The notes beneath the pieces were generated by a model. It searched no databases, had not been told where the DNA came from, and saw nothing but the letters and a program-made list of their open reading frames with translations. DNA of 64,000 nucleotides from Octopus sinensis (taxonomy: Eukaryota): contig NC_043011.1 of assembly GCF_006345805.1 (NCBI RefSeq), positions 40,436,464 through 40,500,463 on the forward strand. The letters run 5' to 3'. This document shows, one piece after another, positions 26,501 through 40,400 of this stretch. Each line of letters opens with the position of its first letter. Position 1 is the first letter of the stretch. The position numbers were made by a program, and so were the translations under genes.

Positions 26501-26913
26501 GGCCCAGGAGTGGCTGTGTGGTAAGTAGCTTGCTTACCAACCACATGGTTCCGGGTTCATTCATTGTGAGTGGATTTGGTAGACAGAAACTGAAAGAAGC
26601 CTGTGGTGCTATTAAGTTAGACATGGCCTGGGCCAATAATGGCCGAAACCTATCAAAGTATCAAAGTATATATGTATATATATGTGTGTACGTATATGTT
26701 TGTGTGTCTGTGTTTGTCCCCCCAACATCGCTTGACAACCGATGCTGGTGTGTTTACGTTCCCGTAACCTAGCGGTTCGGCAAAAGAGACCGATAGAAAA
26801 GTACTAGGCTTATAAATCCTGGGGTCGATTTGGTCGACTAAGGTGGTGCTCCAGCATGGCCGCAGTCAAATGACTGAAACAAGTAAAAGAGTAAAGAGTA
26901 AAGAGTAAAAAGA

Positions 26914-26914
<1 letters not shown>
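26501..26914 (+). mobile_element. SINE family C with internal deletion and nested non-LTR tail (26604-26669)
   Basis: Family-C head and (AAAGAGT)n tail. Confidence 0.8.
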
Positions 26915-26979
<65 letters not shown>

Positions 26980-26989
26980 TGTATATATA

Positions 26990-27745
26990 TAGCGGCGTAC
27001 GTACACTTTGGTCTCTTATATGTAAGTATATATTCATCTAAATCTTGTACGACTCTATTCTTTTATTCTTTCCTACTTTCTATCGGCCCTTGCACGCTTC
27101 GTTTCATTCCACTCTTCGTTCTTTCGTTACTCCCCTCTCACATTTCATTGCCTTCTCTTCATGCTCCCTTTCTCCCCTCTTTTCACTTCACTGTGTCCCT
27201 GTCATTTTTTTCTTGCGCTTCCTTATTTCTTCTGTCCCTCTGCCTCTACCTCTCTCTATTCTCTCCCCACGTGTTGGGTATTCGGCCAAGCCTGACCATT
27301 CTTTCTTGTTTCAACTGCTGTCCGTGCAACATCTATATTCTTCTCTGTGCCTGCGAAATCTTGTATCCCTGCCGTAAGGCTTTACTTCCACACACGCCAG
27401 CTTAATGTAATTTGTCCTTAGTCGAAAGACACCTGTTGTTATGTCCTGTTATTTGTATTTGTGTAACTTTTTCCGTTTTTTTCCTGTCCCTGTTTTCGTA
27501 TACATTCGCTGCTTTCTTCCAAGTAATCTAATGCTCTTAGCTTAGTTTTTCCTTGGGGCTGGCCAGATTGGAGCAATCTCGAATATAACCAGCGGAAATT
27601 GTAAAGATAATCTGGATCTCGACTGAGGAAAGAAAACTCCGAATGACCCGTCTTTGTTTTCTTTGTATCATCTATCTGGATATTTTGTCGTCCCTTTCTT
27701 ATATCACCTAACTGTCTGGATGTTTTGCGTTCTTGTCCCATTTTG

Positions 27746-27748
<3 letters not shown>
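26990..27748 (+). mobile_element. pyrimidine-rich non-coding repeat between (TA)n tracts; its last ~118 bp also at 24771-24888
   Basis: 27630-27748 matches 24771-24888; CGACTGAGGAA motif shared with the 824-bp unit. Confidence 0.55.
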
Positions 27749-27792
<44 letters not shown>

Positions 27793-27852
27793 ATATATAT
27801 ATGGAAAAACAAGTCAAGATAGAAAATGCTAAAATAATTCTATAAAGAACAT

Positions 27853-27894
27853 TTCAGTACCGGTTTCGGTCATTTGAGACCTTTTCAACTGTAA
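27853..27894 (-). ncRNA. decayed minimal hammerhead in a (TA)n-flanked fragment (27802-28037)
   Basis: TTACAG-TTGAAAA-GGTC TCAAAT GACC-GAAAC-CG-GTA-CTGAA; core has C3U and G8A. Confidence 0.65.
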
Positions 27895-28033
27895 CTATTA
27901 AATAATTAATTTAGTAAAATTAAAAGAAAGGTTTTTTTAAAAGAATATTTGTATAGGGTTCAAATATAAGTGGCATTTTCCTTGTTTCTGCCTTTCTCTG
28001 TGTCTCTTGTTTAGACCTATGATCACATACATG

Positions 28034-28077
<44 letters not shown>

Positions 28078-28942
28078 TATATATTTAGTCAGTTTAAATA
28101 AGTAAGCAACCCAAATAAACGAATAAAAAAAACGTAAAAGAAAAAAAACGAACGTAATGGATTAGCTTGACGCTCGGTAAAAGGAGAGAGTTTGACGTTT
28201 CGCGCATAGCTCTCCGTAGGAAAGGAGAAAGGGAAAAGTCCAAAGATGAAGAAGAAATCATCAACGGCACACATGTAGTTACATCACACACACACACACA
28301 CACCCACCCATCCACACACACACATGTTTCTGGCGATGAATTATTCAAACACCAACGAATTCCTCTCCACACATGGCCATGATGCTCCCCCACTACTTCT
28401 GCTCGTGATCAGAGATGCACATTTCGTCAGCCACCAAGAGACATGCTCAACTGGCTATGGTCAAACAACTGACAAGCAAATCTGAGGTACTGAGCTGTAG
28501 CCCATCTTTTATATCAAGACAAAACAATGTACATGATAACACTTCCAATTAGTTAAAATCAGAAGCCATGAGAGACAGTACCTAGTATTGCATATATAAG
28601 GCCGAGAGCTGGCAGAACCGTTACTACGCCGGACAAAATGCTTAACAGCATTTCGTCCATGTATACAGGTTTCTGGCATCAAATCCTCATTTCTGGCACA
28701 GTTTCCAGGGTAAAACTTTTACAACCTGGTCGTACCTCCATTTCTTATACTCTTCCTGTGCCAACTTGGTGTATATGTGTATGCATATGTGAGTGTTCAT
28801 GTGTGCGTATGTTTGTATACACACACACATAAATATATATACTCATATATATATACATCCATCCATCCATCCATCCAGCCATATATACATAAATACATAA
28901 ATACATACATGCATGCATACATACATACGTACACATAGAGAC

Positions 28943-28984
<42 letters not shown>

Positions 28985-29267
28985 TTAATTCAGATAAACA
29001 ATTAAGAAACATGAATAAAATGAACGGGAGGACGTGCACAAGAAATATATGAATTTGACTCTTGGTGAAGCGGGAGAGTTGTTTTTAACGTTTCGTGCGT
29101 TGCTCTTCGTCGGAAACAGGGAAGTCCAAAGAAAAAGAAGGAAAAATTGCCAACAGTCCATGTGCAGTTACATTTCTGAAGTATATATTATACATATATA
29201 TGAATTGTGGAGCCATACAATCCACACACACACACACACAAGCACACACAGACATATGGGTGTATGT

Positions 29268-29317
<50 letters not shown>

Positions 29318-29561
29318 CTGTGTGTGTCTCTCGCTCTTTATATATCTTTATACATACCAGTCGCACATATATGTATATGGGTTGTGTCAGATCTACAATC
29401 CACGTGCGTGTATGTTCATAGAATTTTCTATGATGCTTTTACCTGAACAATGCAGCACACGACACCATCACCTTATTCCTGTTCTTCTCCTTTCATCAAA
29501 CCATACTAATACCACTACAACTACTACTACTACGACAACGACGACGAATACAACCACTACT

Positions 29562-29620
<59 letters not shown>

Positions 29621-29738
29621 ACCGCTGTTGCTGTTGCTGCTGCTGCTACTACTTCTGCTGAACATAGCAATGATAAACCTCTGGAGACAAAGTCTTGAAT
29701 ATCTTTCTTTGTAGCCTTAAAAGGGTTAAGAGACGAAT

Positions 29739-29781
<43 letters not shown>

Positions 29782-29874
29782 GAGAGAAGCGTTTGCGAGA
29801 TACAGAAAAAGAAATTACCCAATGGAAGCTACAAACATAGCAAATCAAAACACGACACTCGATGAAATAAATGA

Positions 29875-29886
29875 CTAATAATGATC

Positions 29887-29934
<48 letters not shown>

Positions 29935-30137
29935 GTAATAATAACAATAATAACAATACCAATAACAATAACAAAAATAACAATAATAATAATAATAATA
30001 GTAGTAGTAGTAGTAGTAGTAGTAATAATAATAATAATAATAATAATAGTAGTAGTAGTAGTAATAATAATAATAATAGTAATAATAATAATAATAATAA
30101 CAATAATAACAATACCAATAACAATAACAAAAATAAC

Positions 30138-30178
<41 letters not shown>

Positions 30179-30270
30179 CACCGACAACAACAGCAATAAC
30201 TGCAATAATAATAATAGTAATAATAATAATAGTAATAATAATAATAGTAATAATAATAATAATAGTAATA

Positions 30271-30329
<59 letters not shown>

Positions 30330-30348
30330 TATAATAATAATAATAATA
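29875..30348. repeat. (AAT)n/(AGT)n/(AAC)n microsatellite
   Basis: Direct reading; gives poly-N/I/Y/L ORFs. Confidence 0.95.
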
Positions 30349-30705
30349 AAGCGACAAGGGAAATGTATGGAGTTTGGATGCCAGCGAAAATAGCTGGGAG
30401 GCAATTTAAAAATCGATCTTTAAAGCAGAAATGTCAATATAACTAAAATAGCTATTTCTTATTATGAATAATTGTTATAACAAAAATAATAGGCTGATAG
30501 GCAAGGAGAAAGGTTTACATGAATAAAATAAATAATGAAAAATAGAGGAAACAAAGAGAAAAGAAGAGAAAGAAAAAGAAGAAACTCTAACCAGCTTTCT
30601 ATAGTATTCTTATACAAGGCTTTAATGCATTCTCAACGGCTTCTTGCGTTGTAATGATTTCAAATGTAGACTTAGAGGCCGTGGATTTTTTGTCGTACAG
30701 TACTT

Positions 30706-31212
30706 CTCTATGGTTGTGAAACGTGGCCTATGCGGGTGGTCGATCAACGAAGGCTCGAAGTCTTCGACAATGACTGCCTCCGGTGCATTCTTCGCTGCCA
30801 TCGGGTGGATCGAGTTCCCACCGCCAATCTCCGACTTCGCCTGTCTCTGCGGCCCCTTCCATCTGTCCTTCTGCAACGGCGCTTGCGGTGGTTTGGCCAT
30901 GCATGTAGGCATCCGGTGGGTGAACTGAGCCGTGATGTCCTTCTCCCAACTCCACTTCCCAACTGGCGGAAACGCGCGGGCGGGCAGCTGAAGACCTGGG
31001 TTACGACGATCAAGGAGGACCTCTCTGTGCTCACGGGACCGCAGGTGGTCGGCCTGCGCCAGTGGAACCGTGACTGGCTCGCTATCTCTAGTGAACTGGC
31101 GCACGACCATCGTGCGTGGGCTGCCATGGTTCGAGATGCCTCGAGGATGGTAGAAGAAGCCGACTCAACCCGCCCAGGGTGAATGTCGCCACAAGTACAA
31201 GTACAAGTAAGT
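30706..31212 (+). mobile_element. RTE-clade LINE 3' end, 5'-truncated
   Basis: LYGCETWP...CLRCIL...RRLRWFGHACR...W C-terminus with open frame and stop at 31182, then (CAAGTA)3 tail. Confidence 0.9.
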
Positions 31213-31339
31213 AGTTGTGCTTTAGGATTGACAAAAGAACTGTTGTACAGTTTGTAGATGGATGAGTTGGTCACCCATCATATGTCTAACACAAGTTGGA
31301 TAACTCTTGATCTTATCTAAATTTCTTTCATCTTTTGTC

Positions 31340-31547
31340 ATTTACTTGTTTCATTCATTAGACTGCAGCTATGCTGGGGTACTGCGTTGAAAGATTTTAG
31401 TCGATCGAATCGACCCCAAAACTTCTTTGTTTTTGTTCTCTCCTTTAAACCTGGTACTTATTATAGCGACCTCTTTTGCAGAACGACTAAGTTACGGGTA
31501 CGTAAACATACCAATATCGGGTGTCAAGCAGTGATGGAGGACAAACA

Positions 31548-31585
<38 letters not shown>

Positions 31586-31740
31586 ACACACACACACACA
31601 CGACAGGCTTCTTTCAGTTTCCACTCACAAGGCTTTGGTCGGCCCGAGGATACAGTAGAAGACATTAGCCCAATGTGCCACGGAGTGGGATTGAACCCAG
31701 AATCATGTGGTTGAGAAGCAAACTTCTTAACACAGAACCA
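31340..31740 (-). mobile_element. SINE family C, diverged (second partial copy to ~32095)
   Basis: Homology to family C. Confidence 0.65.
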
Positions 31741-32124
31741 AACCTCCAATTTACGGTTTAGTCGAACAAATAATCCCCACTACTTATGTTCTAAGTGTGG
31801 AGCTTGTACTCATTTTGTCAGTCGTTTTCATAGAAGCGCTAAGTTACGGGAACGCAAACAAACCAACAATGGTTATCAAGGGATAATGACTGCTGGACAA
31901 AGACAAACACACGCACACGCACACTCCCACACACACACATATCACGGATTTCCACACAGTTTCCTTGTCAAATTCACTGTCAAGGTAATTGGTTAACCCG
32001 AGGCTATAGTAGAAAACATTCGTCCAAAGTGCCTTGCGGTGAGACTGAACCAGAAACCATCTGGTTACAAAGCAAGCTTCTTAATCGCACAACTATGATT
32101 TATTTAATATTATATCAGTGCCAA

Positions 32125-33220
32125 GGCGGCGAGCTGGCACAAACGTTAGCACGCCGGGCGAAATGCTTAGCCGTATTTCGCCCGGTGCTGCGTTCTGAGT
32201 TCAAATTCCGCCGAGGTTGATTTTGTCTTTCATCCTTTTGAGGTCAATTAAATAAGTACCAGTTACGCACTGGGTCGATATAATCGACTTAATCCGTTTG
32301 TCCGTCCTTGTTTGTCCCCTCTGTGTTTAGACCCTGGTGGGTAGTAAAGAAATAGGTATTTCGCCTGTGTTTACGTTCTGAGTTCAAATTCCGCCTTTTG
32401 GGGTCGATAAATTAAGTACCAGTTGCATACTGGGGTCGATCTAATCGACTGACCCCCTCCCCAAAACTTTCGAGCCTTGTGCCTAGAGCAGAAAAGAATA
32501 TTATATCAGTGCCAAGGCGATGAGCTGGCAGAAACGTTAGCCAGCCGGGTGAAATTCTTAGCGGTATTTCGTCTGTCTTTATGTTCTGAGTTCAAATTCC
32601 GTCGAGGCCGACTTTGCCTTTCATCTTTTCGGGGTCGATAAATTATGTACCAGTTGCGTACTAGGGTCGATCTAATCGACTGGACCCCTCCTCCAAAATT
32701 TCAGGCCTTGTGCCGAGAGTAGAAAAGAATATTTTCTACAATGAATTTTCATCTATCACACCTGACGAACTAATCTATCGACATTCTAAGAATTTTGTAG
32801 TATTGATGACACTGGTGTAAACTTTAATACGGTAAAAAGGAGAATCGAAAAGAATATTTTATTTCATTTGTCTTTACGTTCTGAGTTCAAATTCTGCCGA
32901 GGTCGACTTTGCCTTTCACCCTTTCGGAGTCGATAAATTAAGTACGAGTTGCGTATTGGGGTCGATCTCATCGACTGGAGCCCCTCATCCAAAATTAAAA
33001 TATAGGGCCTTGTGCCGAGAGTAGAAAAGAATGTTTTATTTCGTTTGTCTTTACGTTCTGAGTTCATATTCCACCGAGGTCGACTTTACCTTTCATCACT
33101 TCAGGGTCGATAAATTAAGTACCAGTTGCGTACTGCGGTCGAATTAATCGATCCCCAGCCCCCTCACAAGAAAAAATTTCGGGCCTTGTACCTAGAGTAG
33201 AAAAGAAAAGAAAATATTTC
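32125..33220 (+). mobile_element. cluster of about 5 head-to-tail or nested family-B SINEs
   Basis: GTTCTGAGTTCAAATTC recurs near 32192, 32376, 32583, 32878 and 33055. Confidence 0.85.
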
Positions 33221-34279
33221 GTTCCAAGTTCCCCCTGAAATGCTTAAACAAAAATATAAATATAAATCGGGAAAGTTGAAATTACTATCCATGGCGAATA
33301 AAGACAAAACGCATTTATCAACTCTTTCAAGACAATCTGAAAATGTATAAAGCAAATGGTATGCAACTTTAAAATCAATTCCGCGTTTTTGTATGTGGTT
33401 AAAAAACAACAACAACAACAACTGGAAGAGGGGAATACAGACTAGTTTAATAAGATGATGGATTAGGCTATCAAAGAAAGCGTATAAGATTTATAGTTAA
33501 TACAAATAAACTGACTCGGATATAACTTAAATAAGAGATTTATAACACGAAGGATTTCCATTTTATAGGCATTTGTTCGTGGACTGCAATGCATGAGAGA
33601 GTGAAAGAGATAGAAAGAGAGAGGAAGAGAGAGGAAGAGAGAGAGAGAGACAGAGTGTGGAAAGAGAAGTGAAGAATGGGTACTTTGAAAAACGAATTAA
33701 TGTGATTTGAAAAACTAATTTGAATAGTAACAACATTATTACTGCCATTAATGCAATTTCTAAACCAACGATGGCATCCAGTTTTGTATTAATATTGGAG
33801 AGAAACATTAGCAAATTAGACACAATAGATCTCTAAATGAGAAATCTGTTAATTGAGCCGTGATATATACTGACGCAAGTCAGACTTTACAACGATTGCA
33901 TCAGCTCAAAAGAGGAAAGAAGCAGTGGTTTTACTGAGCATTACAGAGAAACAGTGCAAGCTGTATGTAACTGTATAATTCCCATAAAACGCTGTTGTGT
34001 GTCATTGTGATGTATGATGGGAAGCTAAAAGCAATAAGTCACGAATCGGGAAAGTAATGAATTGAAATTCTCGCCAGAAATTAGATTAGATTTGCTAAAA
34101 TGTAAAGTTAAAATGTAAAGTTATTATAGCAATTAAACGGAAATAAATATACAACAAGATATGGATCCAATACGAACAAAGAAGTTTGAACATGGTTACT
34201 CGACCTATCAGAACAAATAGTAGCTAAAATCCCTCAAATCACAGCCTAGCAATGCCCAATATATATATATGTATATATG

Positions 34280-34315
<36 letters not shown>

Positions 34316-34320
34316 ATATA

Positions 34321-34365
<45 letters not shown>

Positions 34366-34577
34366 GTGAAGGGAAGAAATGGAGCCGAACGAAGATTCTT
34401 CCCTTCACTAAATATATAAAACTTCAAGTATCCGCGCTAAAGCACGGGGGCGAAACCCCATGGTCGTAACCTCAACCGTGTCTTTTCTGGTGTGGTTTTT
34501 GCTACACAGGTATCGGTTAAATTTTGAATAATCCGTAACAAGATAATTCATTTATCCATTTCATTATGTATATATAC

Positions 34578-34649
<72 letters not shown>

Positions 34650-34742
34650 ATAGTGCCAACAGAGAACTTATGAAGTATTTTGCTCAGATTGGTAATCCCT
34701 CATAAATAACTCCGTTGTATATATGTATATATGTATATAATA

Positions 34743-34785
<43 letters not shown>

Positions 34786-35093
34786 ATATATATTATGTAT
34801 GTATGTATATATATATATATATACATATACTATATATATATACATTTTATATATATGTATATATATGTCTATATATGTATATATATGTGTATATATATTA
34901 TATATATATATATTATATAAAAGGGCTTAGTAAAATAAATTACTTTGCCGCATACTGAACTCATTAGAAATAGCAGCTAAAAAACTTTTTTAAGGCTATT
35001 TCTAATACTTAAAGAAAATCTCTCTCATATATAGTGTTTGCATAATTTAACTCACAAAAGTTTGGGGGTAATGACATCGAAAAATCAAATGCT

Positions 35094-35163
35094 AAGGTTA
35101 TTCGAGAACGTACGTTTCAAGATTAGTCAAAACAACATTCTATCATCGGCTCGGAAATTCCTT
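35094..35163 (-). ncRNA. variant type I hammerhead (array 2 left arm; also near 35635, 36181, 36721)
   Basis: Reverse complement of the motif at 37429. Confidence 0.6.
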
Positions 35164-37428
35164 GGTTGGATTTGGAAACACTGAAAATAAGAACATACCC
35201 TCTCGAAGATCTGCTCCCAACTAACAGTGCCAACAAATTCAAAATAAGCAAGCGAAGAATCTCTGTTCTCCCCTTTCCACCAGCGTGGGTTAAAATCATC
35301 AAACTCTATGCTTATTTCGGTAAAGTCCGAAGCATTAATCAGAGGGAGATTAATTATAATTTCAACAATTGAGGGCAAAATTAATTAATTATTAATCAAT
35401 TTCACCAAGTGTTCAGTATGCAAAGGGACCATTCAAGGCGAATTCAAATTATTACATTATATAAAAGGGCTTAGTAAAATAAATTACTTTGCCGCATACT
35501 GAACTCATTAGAAATAGCAGCTAAAAAACTTTTTTAAGGCTATTTAATACTTAAAGAAAATCTCTCTCATATATAGTGTTTGCATAATTTAACTCACAAA
35601 AGTTTGGGGGTAATGACATCGAAAAATCAAATGCTAAGGTTATTCGAGAACGTACGTTTCAAGATTAGTCAAAACAACATTTCTATCATCGGCTCGGAAA
35701 TTCCTTGGTTTGGATTTGGAAACACTGAAAATAAGAACATACCCTCTCGAAGATCTGCTCCAACTAACAGTGCCAACAAATTCAAAATAAGCAAGCGAAG
35801 AATCTCTGTTCTCCCCTTTCCACCAGCGTGGGTTAAAATCATCAAACTCTATGCTTATTTCGGTAAAGTCCGAAGCATTAATCAGAGGGAGATTAATTAT
35901 AATTTCAACAATTGAGGGCAAAATTAATTAATTATTAATCAATTTCACCAAGTGTTCAGTATGCAAAGGGACCATTCAAGGCGAATTCAAATTATTACAT
36001 TATATAAAAGGGCTTAGTAAAATAAATTACTTTGCCGCATACTGAACTCATTAGAAATAGCAGCTAAAAAACTTTTTTAAGGCTATTTCTAATACTTAAA
36101 GAAAATCTCTCTCATATATAGTGTTTGCATAATTAAATCACAAAAGTTTGGGGGTAATGACATCGAAAAATCAAATGCTAAGGTTATTCGAGAACGTACG
36201 TTTCAAGATTAGTCAAAACAACATTTCTATCATCGGCTCGGAAATTCCTTGGTTTGGATTTGGAAACACTGAAAATAAGAACATACCCTCTCGAAGATCT
36301 GCTCCCAACTAACAGTGCCACAAATTCAAAATAAGCAAGCGAAGAATCTCTGTTCTCCCCTTTCCACCAGCGTGGGTTAAAATCATCAAACTCTATGCTT
36401 ATTTCGGTAAAGTCCGAAGCATTAATCAGAGGGAGATTAATTATAATTTCAACAATTGAGGGCAAAATAATTAATTATTAATCAATTTCACAAGTGTTCA
36501 GTATGCAAAGGGACCATTCAAGGCGAATTCAAATTATTACATTATATAAAAGGGCTTAGTAAAATAAATTACTTTGCCGCATACTGAACTCATTAGAAAT
36601 AGCAGCTAAAAAACTTTTTTAAGGCTATTTCTAATACTTAAAGAAAATCTCTCTCATATATAGTGTTTGCATAATTTAACTCACAAAAGTTTGGGGGTAA
36701 TGACATCGAAAATCAATGCTAAGGTTATTCGAGAACGTACGTTTCAAGATTAGTCAAAACAACATTTCTATCATCGGCTCGGAAATTCCTTGGTTTGGAT
36801 TTGGAAACACTGAAAATAAGAACATACCCTCTCGAAGATCTGCTCCCAACTAACAGTGCCAACAAATTCAAAATAAGCAAGCGAAGAATCTCTGTTCTCC
36901 CCTTTCCACCAGCGTGGGTTAAAATCATCAAACTCTATGCTTATTTCGGTAAAGTCCGAAGCATTAATCAGAGGGAGATTAATTATAATTTCAACAATTG
37001 AGGGCGCAAACACTATATATGAGAGAGATTTTCTTTAAGTATTAGAAATAGCCTTAAAAAAGTTTTTTAGCTGCTATTTCTAATGAGTTCAGTATGCGGC
37101 AAAGTAATTTATTTTACTAAGCCCTTTTATATAATGTAATAATTTGAATTCGCCTTGAATGGTCCCTTTGCATACTGAACACTTGGTGAAATTGATTAAT
37201 AATTAATTAATTTTGCCCTCAATTGTTGAAATTATAATTAATCTCCCTCTGATTAATGCTTCGGACTTTACCGAAATAAGCATAGAGTTTGATGATTTTA
37301 ACCCACGCTGGTGGAAAGGGGAGAACAGAGATTCTTCGCTTGCTTATTTTGAATTTGTTGGCACTGTTAGTTGGGAGCAGATCTTCGAGAGGGTATGTTC
37401 TTATTTTCAGTGTTTCCAAATCCAAACC

Positions 37429-37499
37429 AAGGAATTTCCGAGCCGATGATAGAAATGTTGTTTTGACTAATCTTGAAACGTACGTTCTCGAATAACCTT
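37429..37499 (+). ncRNA. variant type I hammerhead (array 2 right arm; also near 37969, 38510, 39054)
   Basis: AAGG..TTCCGAG-CCGATGA-TAGA...TCTT-GAAAC-GTAC-GTT^CTCGAA..CCTT; U4C core and GUU triplet. Confidence 0.6.
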
Positions 37500-40400
37500 A
37501 GCATTTGATTTTTCGATGTCATTACCCCCAAACTTTTGTGAGTTAAATTATGCAAACACTATATATGAGAGAGATTTTCTTTAAGTATTAGAAATAGCCT
37601 TAAAAAAGTTTTTTAGCTGCTATTTCTAATGAGTTCAGTATGCGGCAAAGTAATTTATTTTACTAAGCCCTTTTATATAATGTAATAATTTGAATTCGCC
37701 TTGAATGGTCCCTTTTGGTGAAATTGATTAATAATTAATTAATTTTGCCCTCAATTGTTGAAATTATAATTAATCTCCCTCTGATTAATGCTTCGGACTT
37801 TACCGAAATAAGCATAGAGAGTTTGATGATTTTAACCCACGCTGGTGGAAAGGGGAGAACAGAGATTCTTCGCTTGCTTATTTTGAATTTGTTGGCACTG
37901 TTAGTTGGAGCAGATCTTCGAGAGGGTATGTTCTTATTTTCAGTGTTTTCCAAAAACCAAGGAATTTCCGAGCCGATGATAGAAATGTTGTTTTGACTAA
38001 TCTTGAAACGTACGTTCTCGAATAACCTTAGCATTTGATTTTTCGATGTCATTACCCCCAAACTTTTGTGAGTTAAATTATGCAAACACTATATATGAGA
38101 GAGATTTTCTTTAAGTATTAGAAATAGCCTTAAAAAAGTTTTTTAGCTGCTATTTCTAATGAGTTCAGTATGCGGCAAAGTAATTTATTTTACTAAGCCC
38201 TTTTATATAATGTAATAATTTGAATTCGCCTTGAATGGTCCCTTTGCATACTGAACACTTGGTGAAATTGATTAATAATTAATTAATTTTGCCCTCAATT
38301 GTTGAAATTATAATTAATCTCCCTCTGATTAATGCTTCGGACTTTACCGAAATAAGCATAGAGTTTGATGATTTTAACCCACGCTGCTGGTGGAAAGGGG
38401 AGAACAGAGATTCTTCGCTTGCTTATTTTGAATTTGTTGGCACTGTTAGTTGGGAGAGCAGATCTTCGAGAGGGTATGTTCTTATTTTCAGTGTTTCCAA
38501 ATCCAAACCAAGGAATTTCCGAGCCGATGATAGAAATGTTGTTTTGACTAATCTTGAAACGTACGTTCTCGAATAACCTTAGCATTTGATTTTTCGATGT
38601 CATTACCCCCAAACTTTTGTGAGTTAAATTATGCAAACACTATATATGAGAGAGATTTTCTTTAAGTATTAGAAATAGCCTTAAAAAAGTTTTTTAGCTG
38701 CTATTTCTAATGAGTTCAGTATGCGGCAAAGTAATTTATTTTACTAAGCCCTTTTATATAATGTAATAATTTGAATTCGCCTTGAATGGTCCCTTTGCAT
38801 ACTGAACACTTGGTGAAATTGATTAATAATTAATTAATTTTGCCCTCAATTGTTGAAATTATAATTAATCTCCCTCTGATTAATGCTTCGGACTTTACCG
38901 AAATAAGCATAGAGTTTGATGATTTTAACCCACGCTGGTGGAAAGGGGAGAACAGAGATTCTTCGCTTGCTTATTTTGAATTTGTTGGCACTGTTAGTTG
39001 GGAGCAGATCTTCGAGAGGGTATGTTTATTTTCAGTGTTTCCAAATCCAAACCAAGGAATTTCCGAGCCGATGAAGAAATGTTGTTTTGACTAATCTTGA
39101 AACGTACGTTCTCGAATAACCTTAGCATTTGATTTTTCGATGTCATTACCCCCAAACTTTTGTGAGTTAAATTATGCAAACACTATATATGAGAGAGATT
39201 TTCTTTAAGTATTAGAAATAGCCTTAAAAAAGTTTTTTAGCTGCTATTTCTAATGAGTTCAGTATGCGGCAAAGTAATTTATTTTACTAAGCCCTTTTAT
39301 ATAATGTAATAATTTGAATTCGCCTTGAATGGTCCCTTTGCATACTGAACACTTGGTGAAATTGATTAATAATTAATTAATTTTGCCCTCAATTGTTGAA
39401 ATTATATATATATATTATATATATAATATATATATATATACATATATATATATGAAAGAAAGTTATTTTATTCCATGTGCGTAAAAATATATGAGCAAAG
39501 AAGTTGAAAACGCACTGGCAGTCTTTTATCTGTTTTATTTTTAATGGCTTAACCGGTTTCACACATTTTTCTGAGTTTCAAAATTTGAGATAGAAAGACG
39601 TGCGGCTATGGCGCAGCTATTTTGCATTTGACTGAAGTTCGAAAATTCTCTTTTGTTTTTATAGAGAGCTCATGACTCAAATTAATATTTGTTTAGAATA
39701 CACTTTGGCTGATACGCATGTTAGCCTAAACTTAGAGTGCAAAAAATATTGTTATATTATATTAACGCACGGACGTAGTTGGGAACATGCAAACATTTCT
39801 AAGGCTAATCACGTGATAATTCTCTACTGATTAAAAAAAAATATATCCATTTAATGGATATTAATTTAAGTCATTTTGTCTCTACAAATACGCGAATTTT
39901 CGAACTCCAGTCAGAAGCAAGACATTCGCGGCATAGCCCCCCCCCCCACGTCTTTCCATCTCACTTAATTTAAGAAAATCAGAAAAATCTATGAAACGGG
40001 TTGAGCATTCAAAAACCAACCATTTCAAAAATTCCCACTGAATTTCTCCCTTCAGGAAGGAGGAGTTAATACAAACTGGCCAACCCTGGAATTTACAGAT
40101 ACTAGGAAAACTAAGAAATAACACCATCTTAGTTGTTTGATGAAAATATTATGGTATGTGTTATGGAATGCTTCTGTCATTCCATTAGTAATAGACACTG
40201 GATTGATACACAGCCATTTTTGTAAAGACACTGAAAAGTTCCCTGTAACGATAGACAGCCATGTTCAAGAAAATAGCAGTGCTATTAGAATCAGTAAATT
40301 ATTGTTAGTGCATTCTCATACAGCATTTGATCATGAAAATTCTTATTGATCTTCAACATCTTCGTTAATCATGAATACGTTTATGCATGTTGTCAAAGAC

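Larger units (their letters stand above)
34915..39404. repeat. palindromic tandem array 2: ~543-bp unit, ~3.85 copies then ~4.4 inverted copies, one variant hammerhead per unit
   Basis: AAAGGGCTTAG near 34920, 35464, 36007, 36549. Strand switch at 37005/37006. (TA)n on both flanks. Confidence 0.95.

Noticed and set aside
37245-37288. Second hammerhead-like motif CTGATTA...GAAAT-AAGC-ATA in the array 2 unit
   Set aside because: G8 absent and stems do not register; better explained as a plain hairpin (ATGCT-TCGG/CCGA-AGCAT).
35127-39179. Repeated 60-116 aa ORFs in array 2
   Set aside because: Overlap on both strands, frameshift between units, no domain. A small peptide is not excluded but is unsupported.
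7701-39404. Single-base indels between array units as biological divergence
   Set aside because: Scattered 1-2 nt indels look like unpolished long-read error; unit counts may also be imprecise.
39545-39620. GAAAC-CG-GTT with a long hairpin on minus (similar half-motifs near 18455 and 52860)
   Set aside because: Only half of the hammerhead core is present.
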